Positions 19,857-29,702 of a stretch of 64,000 nucleotides of DNA are shown here, one piece after another. The DNA comes from Bacteroidota bacterium (GTDB lineage Bacteria > Bacteroidota > Bacteroidia > Chitinophagales > Chitinophagaceae): contig JABDEZ010000001.1 in assembly GCA_013286835.1 (NCBI GenBank), forward strand, positions 2,916-66,915, read 5' to 3'. The translations under genes were made by a program, and so were the position numbers. Each line of letters opens with the position of its first letter. The first letter of the stretch is position 1. Below the pieces are notes generated by a model that worked only from the letters and a program-made list of their open reading frames with translations, made no database searches and was not told the DNA's origin.

Positions 19857-20741
19857 ATGAAAAGAATAGATTTTTTAAAAGCGTTTGCCGTTTTGCCACT
19901 TATGACCACAGCTATGAAATTGGATGCCCTGCAAAAGTTAACTCAACCACTAGGTAATACACCCCGGATGCCTGTTCTCTTTTTAGGCCATGGCAGCCCT
20001 ATGAATGCAATAGAGGATAACGAGTTTGTACATGGCTGGCAGCAGACAGGTAAAACCTTGCCTAAGCCCAATGCTATACTTTGCATATCAGCACATTGGG
20101 AAACGAACGGAACTTTTGTAACAGCTATGGAACGGCCAAAAACAATTCATGATTTTGGTGGTTTCCCTCAACAGCTTTTTGATGTGGAGTATCCGGCTCC
20201 CGGTAGCCCCCAACTTGCTGCAGAAACTAAAAGCATAATTACAAAAACCACAATTGGCCTTGACGATAAGTGGGGCCTTGACCATGGGGCCTGGAGTGTG
20301 ATAAAACACTTATATCCCGTTGCTGATGTGCCGGTGATACAGATGAGTCTTGATTACCGGAAACCTGCCTCTTATCATTATGAACTAGCCAAAGAATTGA
20401 TGGCGCTAAGGAATAAAGGTGTGTTGATAATAGGTAGTGGTAATATGGTGCACAATTTGGGTACTATAGCCTGGGATAAGATAAAAGAACCTGAATATGG
20501 GTATGACTGGGCGATTGACGCTAATGAACGGCTTAAGAGGCTTATACTAACAAATGACCATAAGCAGCTTATTAACTACCAGTCGCTAGGTAGAGAAGTA
20601 GCGCTGGCAGCACCTTCCCCAGATCACTTTCTGCCACTCATTTATGCATTGGCGTTAAAAAATGAGAATGAGTCCATTTCGTTGTTTAATGATAAACTGG
20701 TAATGGGGTCAATTTCTATGCTTTCATTTAAGATCTCCTAG
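19857..20741 (+). CDS. class III extradiol ring-cleavage dioxygenase (4,5-DOPA dioxygenase/YgiD-like) with an N-terminal signal-like extension
   Basis: 294 aa. The LFLGHGSPMNA motif and ISAHW, DHGAW and GSGNMVHNL are typical of the LigB/YgiD family. About 35 extra N-terminal residues (MKRIDFLKAFAVLPLMTTAM) precede the domain. Confidence 0.75.
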   Translation: MKRIDFLKAFAVLPLMTTAMKLDALQKLTQPLGNTPRMPVLFLGHGSPMNAIEDNEFVHGWQQTGKTLPKPNAILCISAHWETNGTFVTAMERPKTIHDFGGFPQQLFDVEYPAPGSPQLAAETKSIITKTTIGLDDKWGLDHGAWSVIKHLYPVADVPVIQMSLDYRKPASYHYELAKELMALRNKGVLIIGSGNMVHNLGTIAWDKIKEPEYGYDWAIDANERLKRLILTNDHKQLINYQSLGREVALAAPSPDHFLPLIYALALKNENESISLFNDKLVMGSISMLSFKIS

Positions 20742-20972
20742 CATTTATTTCAATCACCGTTTACTTAGATCGTTATATGCTAATAATATAATGCATGTTT
20801 TTTGTCAAAAGAGATGGTTTTATTTTCTTTATAATGTAAATAAAAAAACACATTTTTTATTTGCATTATAACTCATTTTATTGGCACAATATTTTTAAGT
20901 AATCAAGGCACGATATTCCCAGCTGTGAAGCGATTGTTATAAAATATTATTGATCCAATAAAAAATCAAAAA

Positions 20973-21491
20973 ATGAAACCTCAGCAAAATAAGGCAGAAC
21001 ATGTGGCAGAGATGCTAAACGATTTAGTAAAGATTAATACGGATAGGGTTGCACGATACCAGAAGGGTTTAGATATGGCTGCAAACCTGGATTCTGATCT
21101 TATTTGTGTTTTCGAAAACATAATTGCTGATAGTTATAAATATAAGAATGAGCTTACAGAGAAGATGAATGAGTTGGGGGTTAATCCGTATCCGGTTTTA
21201 GGTATATCCGGACAATTACATCGCGCATGGAGTGATCTAAGTGTTGCATTATCTACAAATACCCGTAAGGCTATTATGGCATCTTGCCAGTATAATGAAG
21301 ATATAGCCCAGCACGCATATACTGCCGCATTAAGTACAGACTTTACTCCTTTTGACGATATACGTCAGCTTGTTGAACTGCAACAAAAAGCTATGAAACA
21401 AACCTCTGAACGTATAAAAAAATGTAATGAGGAATATTATGTTATTAACACAGCTATGAGAAACTTTCAGTATAGCCCTATGATGCTTTAA
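20973..21491 (+). CDS. PA2169/DUF2383-like four-helix-bundle (ferritin-like) protein
   Basis: 172 aa, all-helical, with an N-terminal LNDLVKINTDRVARYQKG pattern typical of this family. The assignment is by eye only. Confidence 0.5.
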   Translation: MKPQQNKAEHVAEMLNDLVKINTDRVARYQKGLDMAANLDSDLICVFENIIADSYKYKNELTEKMNELGVNPYPVLGISGQLHRAWSDLSVALSTNTRKAIMASCQYNEDIAQHAYTAALSTDFTPFDDIRQLVELQQKAMKQTSERIKKCNEEYYVINTAMRNFQYSPMML

Positions 21492-21512
21492 AATATTTTT
21501 TGTTTTTTTACT

Positions 21513-21562
21513 TGTGGTGGGATTTCTACAGTAGTGGTAGTTTTATCCCACCACATTTTTTA
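21513..21562 (+). terminator. rho-independent terminator after the PA2169-like gene
   Basis: The stem tgtggtgggat (21513-21523) pairs with atcccaccaca (21545-21555), followed by tttttta. Confidence 0.65.
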
Positions 21563-21604
21563 TGCCATTAATAAACTGATCCACTTGCGTGCTAAAATTT
21601 TATC

Positions 21605-22831
21605 ATGAAGCATGAAAAAATACATGTTGCCTGTTGCATTTGTGGAGGTGGCCCTGCAGGTATCATGCTAGGTTATCTATTAGCCCGGGCAGGTATAAAA
21701 GTGGCTGTGCTAGAAAAACACAAAGATTTTTTCAGGGACTTTAGAGGTGATACTATCCACCCTTCTACCATCCAGCTCATGTATGAACTTGACCTGCTGG
21801 GAGCGTTTTTAAAAGTGCCGCACCAGGAAATAGATCATCTCACAGCCCAGTTTAATGGTGTTGATGTGCTGGTGGCAGATTTTAAGCATTTACCTGTTGC
21901 CAAGCCTATCCTGGCGCTCATGCCTCAATGGGATTTCCTTAATTTTATTACTGCCGCTGCTGAAAAATATTCCACCTTTAAACTATATCGGGAAACAATT
22001 GCAACTCAACTTGTAAAGGATAACAATGAAGTAAGAGGCATAATGGCAACAACCCCTGATGGTGAGCTGGAGATAACTGCCGATCTTGTAATAGGCGCTG
22101 ATGGAAGGAACTCAATTATCAGAAAATTAGCTGGGCTTCGGGTAATAGAAACAGGAGTACCTATTGATGTACTGTGGTTTAGGCTGGCGCGACAAAAAGG
22201 AGATCCGGGACAAACATTCGGGCGTTTTGAGAAAGGACGGATCATGGTATTGCTAGACCGCGATGAATACTGGCAGTGTGCGCTGGTAATAGCAAAAGGG
22301 GATTATGATAATATAAAAGCTGCAGGTCTTGATGCTTTTAGAACCGAAATTGAACAGATCACACCATTCCTGGCCCACCATACAGAGGTGTTAAAGAGCT
22401 GGGACGATATTAACTTGCTAAGTGTAGCAATAGACCACCTGGAAAAATGGTATGCGCCGGGTCTTTTATGTATTGGTGATGCTGCGCATGCCATGTCGCC
22501 CGTGGGTGGTGTAGGTATTAACCTTGCTATACAAGATGCGGTGGCCACAGCAAATATTTTATACAGATCGTTGGCTGCTGGCAAAACTATTACCCCAGCA
22601 CAATTGTATGCCGTGCAAAGAAGGCGACAACTACCTGCCAGGCTGATACAACGAGTGCAGGTGTATGTACAGAATGGCATGGTAAAAAGAAGGGCCGATA
22701 TTGCACTCAGTCAAAGAATGCCCTTAGCGTTAAAAATACTTAAGCGATTTCGCATACTCAGCAGGGTGCCCGCAAGAATAGTAGGTATGGGAGTCAGACC
22801 TGAACATATTCGCACGCCTGAAGTAAAATGA
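21605..22831 (+). CDS. FAD-dependent monooxygenase/oxidoreductase (UbiH/aromatic hydroxylase-like)
   Basis: 408 aa with the N-terminal Rossmann motif CICGGGPAGIMLGYLLARAGIKVAVLEK, plus GADGRNS and the GDAAHAMSPVGGVGINLAIQD motif. Confidence 0.75.
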   Translation: MKHEKIHVACCICGGGPAGIMLGYLLARAGIKVAVLEKHKDFFRDFRGDTIHPSTIQLMYELDLLGAFLKVPHQEIDHLTAQFNGVDVLVADFKHLPVAKPILALMPQWDFLNFITAAAEKYSTFKLYRETIATQLVKDNNEVRGIMATTPDGELEITADLVIGADGRNSIIRKLAGLRVIETGVPIDVLWFRLARQKGDPGQTFGRFEKGRIMVLLDRDEYWQCALVIAKGDYDNIKAAGLDAFRTEIEQITPFLAHHTEVLKSWDDINLLSVAIDHLEKWYAPGLLCIGDAAHAMSPVGGVGINLAIQDAVATANILYRSLAAGKTITPAQLYAVQRRRQLPARLIQRVQVYVQNGMVKRRADIALSQRMPLALKILKRFRILSRVPARIVGMGVRPEHIRTPEVK

Positions 22832-23226
22832 TGGGCTGAGCCTAATAATTATTTTGTTGCGATAGCATAATCACAGTTAATAAAAAGCATTTCTAGTTTC
22901 CAGTTACGTGTCCAATAGATCTAACAATCAGTGAATAATAGATAAATATGAATATAATGATTTGCCAGATGTTTTTGGGAATATACAATTCAATTGGTAG
23001 AAATAAATATTTATTCATTCACCACAGGTTTTATAATATTTATTACGTCTATAGTAGGTAGGAGGCCTGAAGAGGCTTTGCCTGAAGATAATGCATTGCA
23101 AATAATAACCTTGTTGAAGTAAAACCGGGGGCTGGAAGAAAATGTTTTTTAAAAAATTAACATTATTATTCTAATTTTGGGAGAATCAGCAGTGTATAAT
23201 AAAAAAAATAATAAATTCCTGAGAAA

Positions 23227-25614
23227 ATGATAAGAAAATTAATACTTTTTTCTGCCATCCTTGTAAGTTTTTCTATGGCAGTTAAAGCCCAGTATTGTGG
23301 TGTGGACCTTGCCACTAAACAGCTTTTATTGGAACATCCAGAGCTAGCGACAAAGCTTGCTAACAATCAGAAGTTATTTGAGCAACAAGTTGCTGATTTT
23401 ACAAAAAAGCAATTCACCGGTAGTAGTCTGGCAAAAACCACTCAAGCGGATACCGTTGGTGTAGATACTTTTGTGATTCCTGTTGTAGTGCATGTGATAC
23501 ATAATTATGGTCAGGCCCCACCATATACTGTTCCTAATTTCCAACCATACCAGGATGACGTTTCTGATGCGCAGATAGCATCAATGATCGACAACCTGAA
23601 CATTTATTATAATGAAAGGAACGATGTGTCAGGGGTGATTACACCATTTAAGAAGTATATAGGTAAAATGCGTATTGCATTCCATTTAGCTACTTTAGAT
23701 CCTACTGGCCAGCCAACCAGAGGCGTAACACGTGAAGCAACCTACCTTACCTGGGGGGCTGATAACTATGCAAAGCTAGACTTGTGGAACCCAACTAATT
23801 ACTTGAATATATGGATAGAGCACGTAATTGGACTTGGTGCTGATATTCAGGGTTCAGTTGTAGCGGCTTATTCCCAGCTTCCAGATGTTGGTGCATCAGA
23901 TCCTTTAATAGATGGTTTGATAACTGCTGCGCCGTATATTGCTGATGGTAGTTCTGCTTTCATTATATCGCATGAGGTAGGTCACTACCTGGGGTTATTA
24001 CATCCTTTTGGTAATAATAATACAGGTTGTGCTGCTGCGGGTTGCGGCGATGATGGCGTAGATGATACCCCGCCTACAACCGGTGAATTTTGTGTTTCAT
24101 GTGCAGTTGGTTTGTATGATACTATGTGTGCTACCGGATATTATAAAAAATACCCTGTTGATAGCATAAGCTACTCACCATCAGCTCACTTTACTGGTGT
24201 CATACGCGATTCTCTCGCTGACTATCCGGATACAGCGAATACACAAAATATCATGACTTACTCACAGTGCTCTCCTGAATTGATGTTTACGAAAGGCCAG
24301 GTAGCGCGTGTTTGGGGCGTATTACAATCTTCTCTTGCAAATAGAGATAGTCTTTCTACAGCTCATAACCTGGCTATAACAGGTGCATTAAATCCGTTGC
24401 CTGTATTACCACCTGTTGCAGACTTTAATATAAGCAGTCACTTTGTTTGCGAAGGTTCAAGCGTTACGTTTACAAACTTTACCTGGAATGATTCTGTGCA
24501 AACTGTATTATGGACTTTACCTTCATATGCATCTACACCTACTTCTACAAATACTGCATCTTTTACCTCTTCTTTCTCACAGCCAGGATGGGTAAATATT
24601 TCACTGATAGCTAATGGTAAAAACAGCAGCGGTTCAGATACACTGGTTCAAAATAATTCTCTATACGTAGCCGATCCTACAGCAATTTCTGCAGACGGGT
24701 ATGTTGAAGAATTTAATCCTGCTGCATCTAACAACGATGTTGCTAAGTATCCAATGTTCAACTACTATAATAATAATTTCAAGTGGATAATAAATAATAA
24801 CACTGGTTATTACGATAATTCTTGTTTGCAATATGTAGGTTTTGATAACCGCACTTATCCTACAAATAGTATCGGTATTGCTAAAGGTGACTATGACGAC
24901 ATGTTCACCCCTGCATTTGATCTTACTGGTCTTAATGGTGGGGCAGCTGCGCCATCCCTTAACTTTATGTATTCTGCAGCAAGCATTACTTCTACTCCAG
25001 GAGATATTAATGATACGCTTGAAATAGATTATAACACCACGTGTGGTAGCAGTAACCCAGGTAATGCATGGACACCAATGGCTTACCTTACTAAAGGCCA
25101 GTTAGTTAACTTTGGTCCTTATAAGGACCCTTATCGCCCGTTATGGCAAGGAGCATGGAGCCTGCAAAGCATACCGCTTGCAAAAAATGCAATAACCAAT
25201 CATACTATTTTCCGTTTCCGCTATAAACCAGGTGTTAATCTTGCGTACTATACACATAGCCCTAGTGCTTTGGGTTACTATTCTACAGGGAATAACTTCT
25301 ACATGGACCGTTTGAACTTTAGTAACTATCCTGCCGGACTTAATACCCTGATGCCTAATGACAAGTCTATAGTGGTAGCGCCAAACCCTACAAACAGCGA
25401 TGCTTTTGTAATGATCTCTACCAAGAACGATGTGAATGCACAAATACAGGTTACTGATATAGCCGGTAGAGTAGTTTACACTACTGCTCAGCAAACAACT
25501 GGTTCATTAACCCGCATCACAATACCTCGTTCTGCAATTACAGCAACAGGTATGTACCTGGTACATGTAACTGCCGGTGATCAATCGCAGACTGAAAAAT
25601 TGGTTGTGTATTAG
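23227..25614 (+). CDS. secreted zinc metalloprotease, M43 (pappalysin/cytophagalysin-like), with T9SS C-terminal sorting domain
   Basis: 795 aa with a signal peptide and the HExxHxxGxxH zinc site HEVGHYLGLLHPF. The last ~81 aa (nt 25369-25611) form a Por/T9SS type-A CTD (VAPNPTNSDAFV...MYLVHVTAGDQSQTEKLVVY). Confidence 0.8.
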   Translation: MIRKLILFSAILVSFSMAVKAQYCGVDLATKQLLLEHPELATKLANNQKLFEQQVADFTKKQFTGSSLAKTTQADTVGVDTFVIPVVVHVIHNYGQAPPYTVPNFQPYQDDVSDAQIASMIDNLNIYYNERNDVSGVITPFKKYIGKMRIAFHLATLDPTGQPTRGVTREATYLTWGADNYAKLDLWNPTNYLNIWIEHVIGLGADIQGSVVAAYSQLPDVGASDPLIDGLITAAPYIADGSSAFIISHEVGHYLGLLHPFGNNNTGCAAAGCGDDGVDDTPPTTGEFCVSCAVGLYDTMCATGYYKKYPVDSISYSPSAHFTGVIRDSLADYPDTANTQNIMTYSQCSPELMFTKGQVARVWGVLQSSLANRDSLSTAHNLAITGALNPLPVLPPVADFNISSHFVCEGSSVTFTNFTWNDSVQTVLWTLPSYASTPTSTNTASFTSSFSQPGWVNISLIANGKNSSGSDTLVQNNSLYVADPTAISADGYVEEFNPAASNNDVAKYPMFNYYNNNFKWIINNNTGYYDNSCLQYVGFDNRTYPTNSIGIAKGDYDDMFTPAFDLTGLNGGAAAPSLNFMYSAASITSTPGDINDTLEIDYNTTCGSSNPGNAWTPMAYLTKGQLVNFGPYKDPYRPLWQGAWSLQSIPLAKNAITNHTIFRFRYKPGVNLAYYTHSPSALGYYSTGNNFYMDRLNFSNYPAGLNTLMPNDKSIVVAPNPTNSDAFVMISTKNDVNAQIQVTDIAGRVVYTTAQQTTGSLTRITIPRSAITATGMYLVHVTAGDQSQTEKLVVY

Positions 25615-25634
25615 TTCTTAAAATTTATAATATC

Positions 25635-25672
25635 GAAATGGCTGTCTCCGATGGAGCAGCCATTTTTTTTGT
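25635..25672 (+). terminator. rho-independent terminator after the M43 protease gene
   Basis: gaaatggctgtctcc / gat / ggagcagccattt is followed by a run of T. Confidence 0.75.
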
Positions 25673-25767
25673 TTGAATTATCAGTGCTTAAAAGGACGGT
25701 CTTAATTGTAGCCATATTGTGATGGCTAGCCGTTGTAGTTGGTATGAAAGTATTAGTTATCGTTACT

Positions 25768-25775
25768 TATCTTTG
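25768..25775 (+). promoter_or_regulatory. candidate -7 box (TAnnTTTG) upstream of the dienelactone hydrolase gene
   Basis: TATCTTTG lies 46 nt upstream of ATG 25822. This is a motif match only. Confidence 0.3.
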
Positions 25776-25821
25776 AACAATCATTAACCTTGGGTTGTTA
25801 CCCACTAAACCATAAAACGAT

Positions 25822-26631
25822 ATGAGAATTTTACTTAAGACACTTTTTGTATTTTGTTTTCTTGTTGCAAGTATTACAGCTGTAAATGCACAGGCAAAAA
25901 AAACACACAAGATAGTGGGACAAGAAGTAACCTATACTGAAAACGGCGCTACTTTAAAGGGCTATGTAGCCTATGATGCTAACAAGACAGGAAAGCGTCC
26001 GGCAATAATAGTAGTACCTGAATGGTGGGGCGTTACAGAATATACCAAACGTCGTGCGCGTATGCTTGCAGAGCTTGGGTACATAGCCATTGCTGCCGAT
26101 ATTTACGGAGATGGTAAAGTTGCCACAGCCCCTAAGACAGCACAGGAGTATGCTACTCCTTTTTATACCGATCCTAACCTGGGCAAAAATCGTATAGTAG
26201 CTGCAATGGTTAAGGTAAGAGAATTCCCGGAGGCTGACCAGCATAAGGTGGCAGCAATAGGTTATTGCTTTGGTGGCAGCATGGTGCTGAATGCAGCCAA
26301 GATGGGTACCAACCTGGATGGGGTTATTAGCTTTCATGGTGGTTTGAAGACTGTACCTGCGGTGAAGGGTGCAGTAACTGGTAAGATGTTGATACTGAAT
26401 GGTGGCGCTGATAAGTTTGTATCTGCAGACGATATTGCTGCATTCAGAAAAAACCTTGATACCAGTGGTGTGTCTTATAAATTTATTAGCTATCCAGGAG
26501 CTTTGCATGCCTTTACCAATCCAGATGCTACGGCCAATGGTAAAAAGTTTAAAATGCCGATAGCTTATAATGCTGCAGCTGATAAGAAGTCGTGGGTTGA
26601 AATGAAAAGTTTTTTGAAGACGATATTTTAG
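25822..26631 (+). CDS. dienelactone hydrolase family protein (secreted)
   Basis: 269 aa with a signal peptide. It has the nucleophile motif IGYCFGGSM (G-x-C-x-G), and its length and order of motifs fit DLH. Confidence 0.8.
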   Translation: MRILLKTLFVFCFLVASITAVNAQAKKTHKIVGQEVTYTENGATLKGYVAYDANKTGKRPAIIVVPEWWGVTEYTKRRARMLAELGYIAIAADIYGDGKVATAPKTAQEYATPFYTDPNLGKNRIVAAMVKVREFPEADQHKVAAIGYCFGGSMVLNAAKMGTNLDGVISFHGGLKTVPAVKGAVTGKMLILNGGADKFVSADDIAAFRKNLDTSGVSYKFISYPGALHAFTNPDATANGKKFKMPIAYNAAADKKSWVEMKSFLKTIF

Positions 26632-26647
26632 ATAAATACAATATAGT

Positions 26648-26688
26648 AAAGCCTGTCAGGTTCTCGTAACCTGACAGGCTTTTTGTTT
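26648..26688 (+). terminator. rho-independent terminator after the dienelactone hydrolase gene
   Basis: aaagcctgtcaggtt / ctcgt / aacctgacaggcttt is a perfect 15-bp stem followed by ttttgttt. Confidence 0.85.
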
Positions 26689-26825
26689 ATAATACTTAGT
26701 GAACATGGTTCTTCTTTAGCACCATCAAATTAAATTGACCCATGCTGTCTGCGGTTGTCCGGGCTTAAACTTTAGCAATATTTTATAGTCAAAGTGCATT
26801 AGCTTGCTCCATATACAATACCAGA

Positions 26826-27662
26826 ATGACAATGCGTAAAATAATTATTCCATGCATTTTATTGATGCTTGCGCTGGGGTGCAGCACTGAAAAAAAATCG
26901 CATCAATCTTTAAAAAGATTGCCGGGAACATGGCAGGCATCACCCATAGTAATTGACGGCAAACGTAATGACTGGCCAGTACCTTACCCGTTTGAAAACA
27001 GCAAAGCATTGATCTCATATGCCATATCGAATGACAAGAACAACCTGTATATAACCGTTGAGACAGGGGACTTGGCGACAGAATTGAAAATATTGCGCAG
27101 AGGAATGGTGGTGTGGATAGACAAATCTGCAACAAAGACACAGAGCACTTCGGTTTGTTACCCTTCTGATAACGAACATGGGCGCACAAAGGTGGTACCG
27201 GGGCATGATATGGCAAAACAGGTAGATGATGCCATGGGCACAACAAACGAATTTTTCCTGAATGGATTTAAAGGCTGCCGTGGCAAATTCAAATTGGATG
27301 AAGGGGATAGTTGTGGCATAAAGTTGGGAGTAGGACTGGATGAATACGACCAGCTGGTATGGGAAGCCGTGATACCCTTTAAAACATTTTATCCTAAAGG
27401 TGAAATTGACCGGAGAGACCAAGGGAGGCCCCTGGATATATGCTTCGACATTTTGGGTATGGACAGGCCTGAAGGCATGAGTGGCAATGGGGGAGGTGGA
27501 GCCCCCCGGTTTAGCGTAGGCATGGGCGGTTTTGGAATGGGACCAGCAATGGGCGGTGGTATGGGTATGGGCAGACGAAATGGCGGAGGCGGACAGGGCA
27601 ACGATCAGTTATATAAAACTACATCTACATGGCAGGAGGTAGGTATTGCCTTCCAGGAATAG
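26826..27662 (+). CDS. lipoprotein of unknown function with Gly/Met-rich C-terminal tail
   Basis: 278 aa with the lipobox LMLALGC/S. The C-terminal low-complexity tract is GMSGNGGGGAPRFSVGMGGFGMGPAMGGGMGMGRRNGGGGQG (nt 27456-27605). Confidence 0.6.
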   Translation: MTMRKIIIPCILLMLALGCSTEKKSHQSLKRLPGTWQASPIVIDGKRNDWPVPYPFENSKALISYAISNDKNNLYITVETGDLATELKILRRGMVVWIDKSATKTQSTSVCYPSDNEHGRTKVVPGHDMAKQVDDAMGTTNEFFLNGFKGCRGKFKLDEGDSCGIKLGVGLDEYDQLVWEAVIPFKTFYPKGEIDRRDQGRPLDICFDILGMDRPEGMSGNGGGGAPRFSVGMGGFGMGPAMGGGMGMGRRNGGGGQGNDQLYKTTSTWQEVGIAFQE

Positions 27663-27757
27663 CGCGTTTGTAATTCCGATTGCATGTGTTACGTCAAAAA
27701 ATAATACAAGCGCAGGGTAAAATGAGTTCTTTATATAGACGATAACGTTTTAATCTG

Positions 27758-27765
27758 TAAATTTG
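27758..27765 (+). promoter_or_regulatory. candidate -7 box (TAnnTTTG) upstream of the CocE/NonD hydrolase gene
   Basis: TAAATTTG lies 62 nt upstream of ATG 27828. This is a motif match only. Confidence 0.3.
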
Positions 27766-27827
27766 ACTGTCCCATTTTATTTGGTAAATTAATTAGGCGT
27801 TGCGGCTCCTGTAATAGTTATGTGTAC

Positions 27828-29693
27828 ATGAAGTATTTCCTTCCAGTTTTTTTATTTATATGCTTTGTTACAATAGCGAAAAGCAATGCCCAGAATACTA
27901 CTTTAAAGCAGCCTATCCAATATGTAAAAAAGGAAATGATGGTGCCTATGAGGGATGGCATCAAACTATTCACACGTATATATACGCCGATTAATGGCAG
28001 TGACACGCTGCCTATACTCATCATGCGCTCGCCATATAGCGATTGGAACATAGGGGTTTTAAGTCCTGAAAAAGATAGTTACGTAAAGAACCTGGCGCAG
28101 GATGGATATATTTTTGTTTACCAGAACATCAGAGGTAAACAAAAAAGTGAGGGTGACTTTGTAATGGAAGGCCCTTTTGATAGGAAAAACTGCAAAGCCA
28201 TTGACGAAGCATCAGATACTTATGATCTTATAGACTGGTTAGTAAAAAACATACCCAGCAATGGTAAAGTAGGCCAATTAGGCATTTCATATCCTGGTGA
28301 GCTAGCGCTGATAAGTGCTGCCAAAAATCCTCATCCAGCCCTCAAAGCTGTATCGCCACAAGGAACTGTGGGCGATTTTTTTATGGGCGATGATTACTTT
28401 CACAACGGCGCTTTCAGATTGTCATTTGCATTTGAATATTCCTATGGAGAAGAAGCTACGAGGGGTGACACAACTTTTCCTTTTATGCAATATGATCTTT
28501 ATGACTGGTACCTGAACCTGGGATCGCTGGCCAATGTGAACAAGAAGTATTTTCATAACCAGATACCCACTTGGAATGGGTTCGTTGCTCATCCAAACTA
28601 CGACAAGTTCTGGGCTAATAAAGCTCCTGTGAATTATACCGATACCCCCAATATACCGATACTGCACGTGGGGGGATTCTGGGATCAGGAAAACATGAAC
28701 GGGCCGGAAATGCTTTATGCAAAAATGGAAAGGTACGACCGCAATAATTATAACCATATAATACTAGGCCCATGGTGTCATGGACAATGGTCTGATAATG
28801 ATGCAACTGTTATAGGAGACTATAACATGGGACGCAATACTGCCGATGATTTCAGAGCATTACAAACAGAATGGTTTGACTATTATTTGAAAGGCAAAGG
28901 TGATGGTGCATTCCCGGAAGCTATATGTTTTCAGACCGGTTCTAATACATGGAAACGTTATGCACACTGGCCTGATCACAGTACAAAAAATACAAAGCTC
29001 TATCTAAACGATAACAATAAGCTGTCTTTCCAGAAACCTACAGATGGTGACAAAGGCTTTGATACCTATATTAGTGACCCGGAAAACCCGATACCTTACA
29101 GGAGAAGACCTATAGAGGTCACCTATTCAGATAGTTCCAGCTGGGATACGTGGCTGACCGAAGATCAGCGCCAGGTTGATCACAGGCCAGATATGATCAG
29201 CTATAAGACAGAACCATTGGATACTGACGTGACCATAACAGGAAATGTAGTTGCAAACCTATTTGCAAGTACCACCGGAAGTGATGCGGACTGGGTGGTA
29301 AAAGTGATTGACCAATACCCGGAATACTATAAACCCAAACCTGAAATGAGCCAATATGAACTCATCATAGCAACAGATATTTTCAGGGGGCGGTTCCGGA
29401 CCAGCTTTACTTCGCCACAGGCTATAGTGCCCGGTAAGGTAGAAGAATATAAGATCAAGCTGCATGAAGTGAACCATGTGTTTAAAAAGGGCCACCGTAT
29501 TATGGTGCAGATACAAAGCTCGTGGTTCCCTTTGTACGATCGTAATCCGCAAAGATATGTGCCTAACATATTTGCAGCCACAGAAAAAGATTTTATTAAA
29601 ACCACGCAAAGCATATACAGGAGCAAGCATTTTGCAACCTGTATAGAACTGCCTATAGTGCGCGATAATTCGGTACGACTAACAGCTAAGTAA
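27828..29693 (+). CDS. CocE/NonD family hydrolase (S15 X-Pro dipeptidyl-peptidase-like)
   Basis: About 621 aa from ATG 27828 (the track starts at GTG 27822). It has a signal peptide, the nucleophile-elbow motif GISYPGE and the C-terminal beta-sandwich typical of the family (HVFKKGHRIMVQIQSSWFPLYDRNPQ). Confidence 0.8.
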   Translation: MKYFLPVFLFICFVTIAKSNAQNTTLKQPIQYVKKEMMVPMRDGIKLFTRIYTPINGSDTLPILIMRSPYSDWNIGVLSPEKDSYVKNLAQDGYIFVYQNIRGKQKSEGDFVMEGPFDRKNCKAIDEASDTYDLIDWLVKNIPSNGKVGQLGISYPGELALISAAKNPHPALKAVSPQGTVGDFFMGDDYFHNGAFRLSFAFEYSYGEEATRGDTTFPFMQYDLYDWYLNLGSLANVNKKYFHNQIPTWNGFVAHPNYDKFWANKAPVNYTDTPNIPILHVGGFWDQENMNGPEMLYAKMERYDRNNYNHIILGPWCHGQWSDNDATVIGDYNMGRNTADDFRALQTEWFDYYLKGKGDGAFPEAICFQTGSNTWKRYAHWPDHSTKNTKLYLNDNNKLSFQKPTDGDKGFDTYISDPENPIPYRRRPIEVTYSDSSSWDTWLTEDQRQVDHRPDMISYKTEPLDTDVTITGNVVANLFASTTGSDADWVVKVIDQYPEYYKPKPEMSQYELIIATDIFRGRFRTSFTSPQAIVPGKVEEYKIKLHEVNHVFKKGHRIMVQIQSSWFPLYDRNPQRYVPNIFAATEKDFIKTTQSIYRSKHFATCIELPIVRDNSVRLTAK

Positions 29694-29702
29694 GGTAAGT
29701 GA

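Noticed and set aside
25954-26508. A 184-aa minus-strand ORF. Similar long antisense ORFs occur at 39435-40007 (190 aa), 15475-15864 (129 aa), 41630-42076 (148 aa) and 42269-42706 (145 aa).
   Set aside because: All are embedded antisense in genes with strong family motifs (dienelactone hydrolase, Amt, MscS, PEPC). They have odd composition (Cys/His/Tyr-rich or low complexity).
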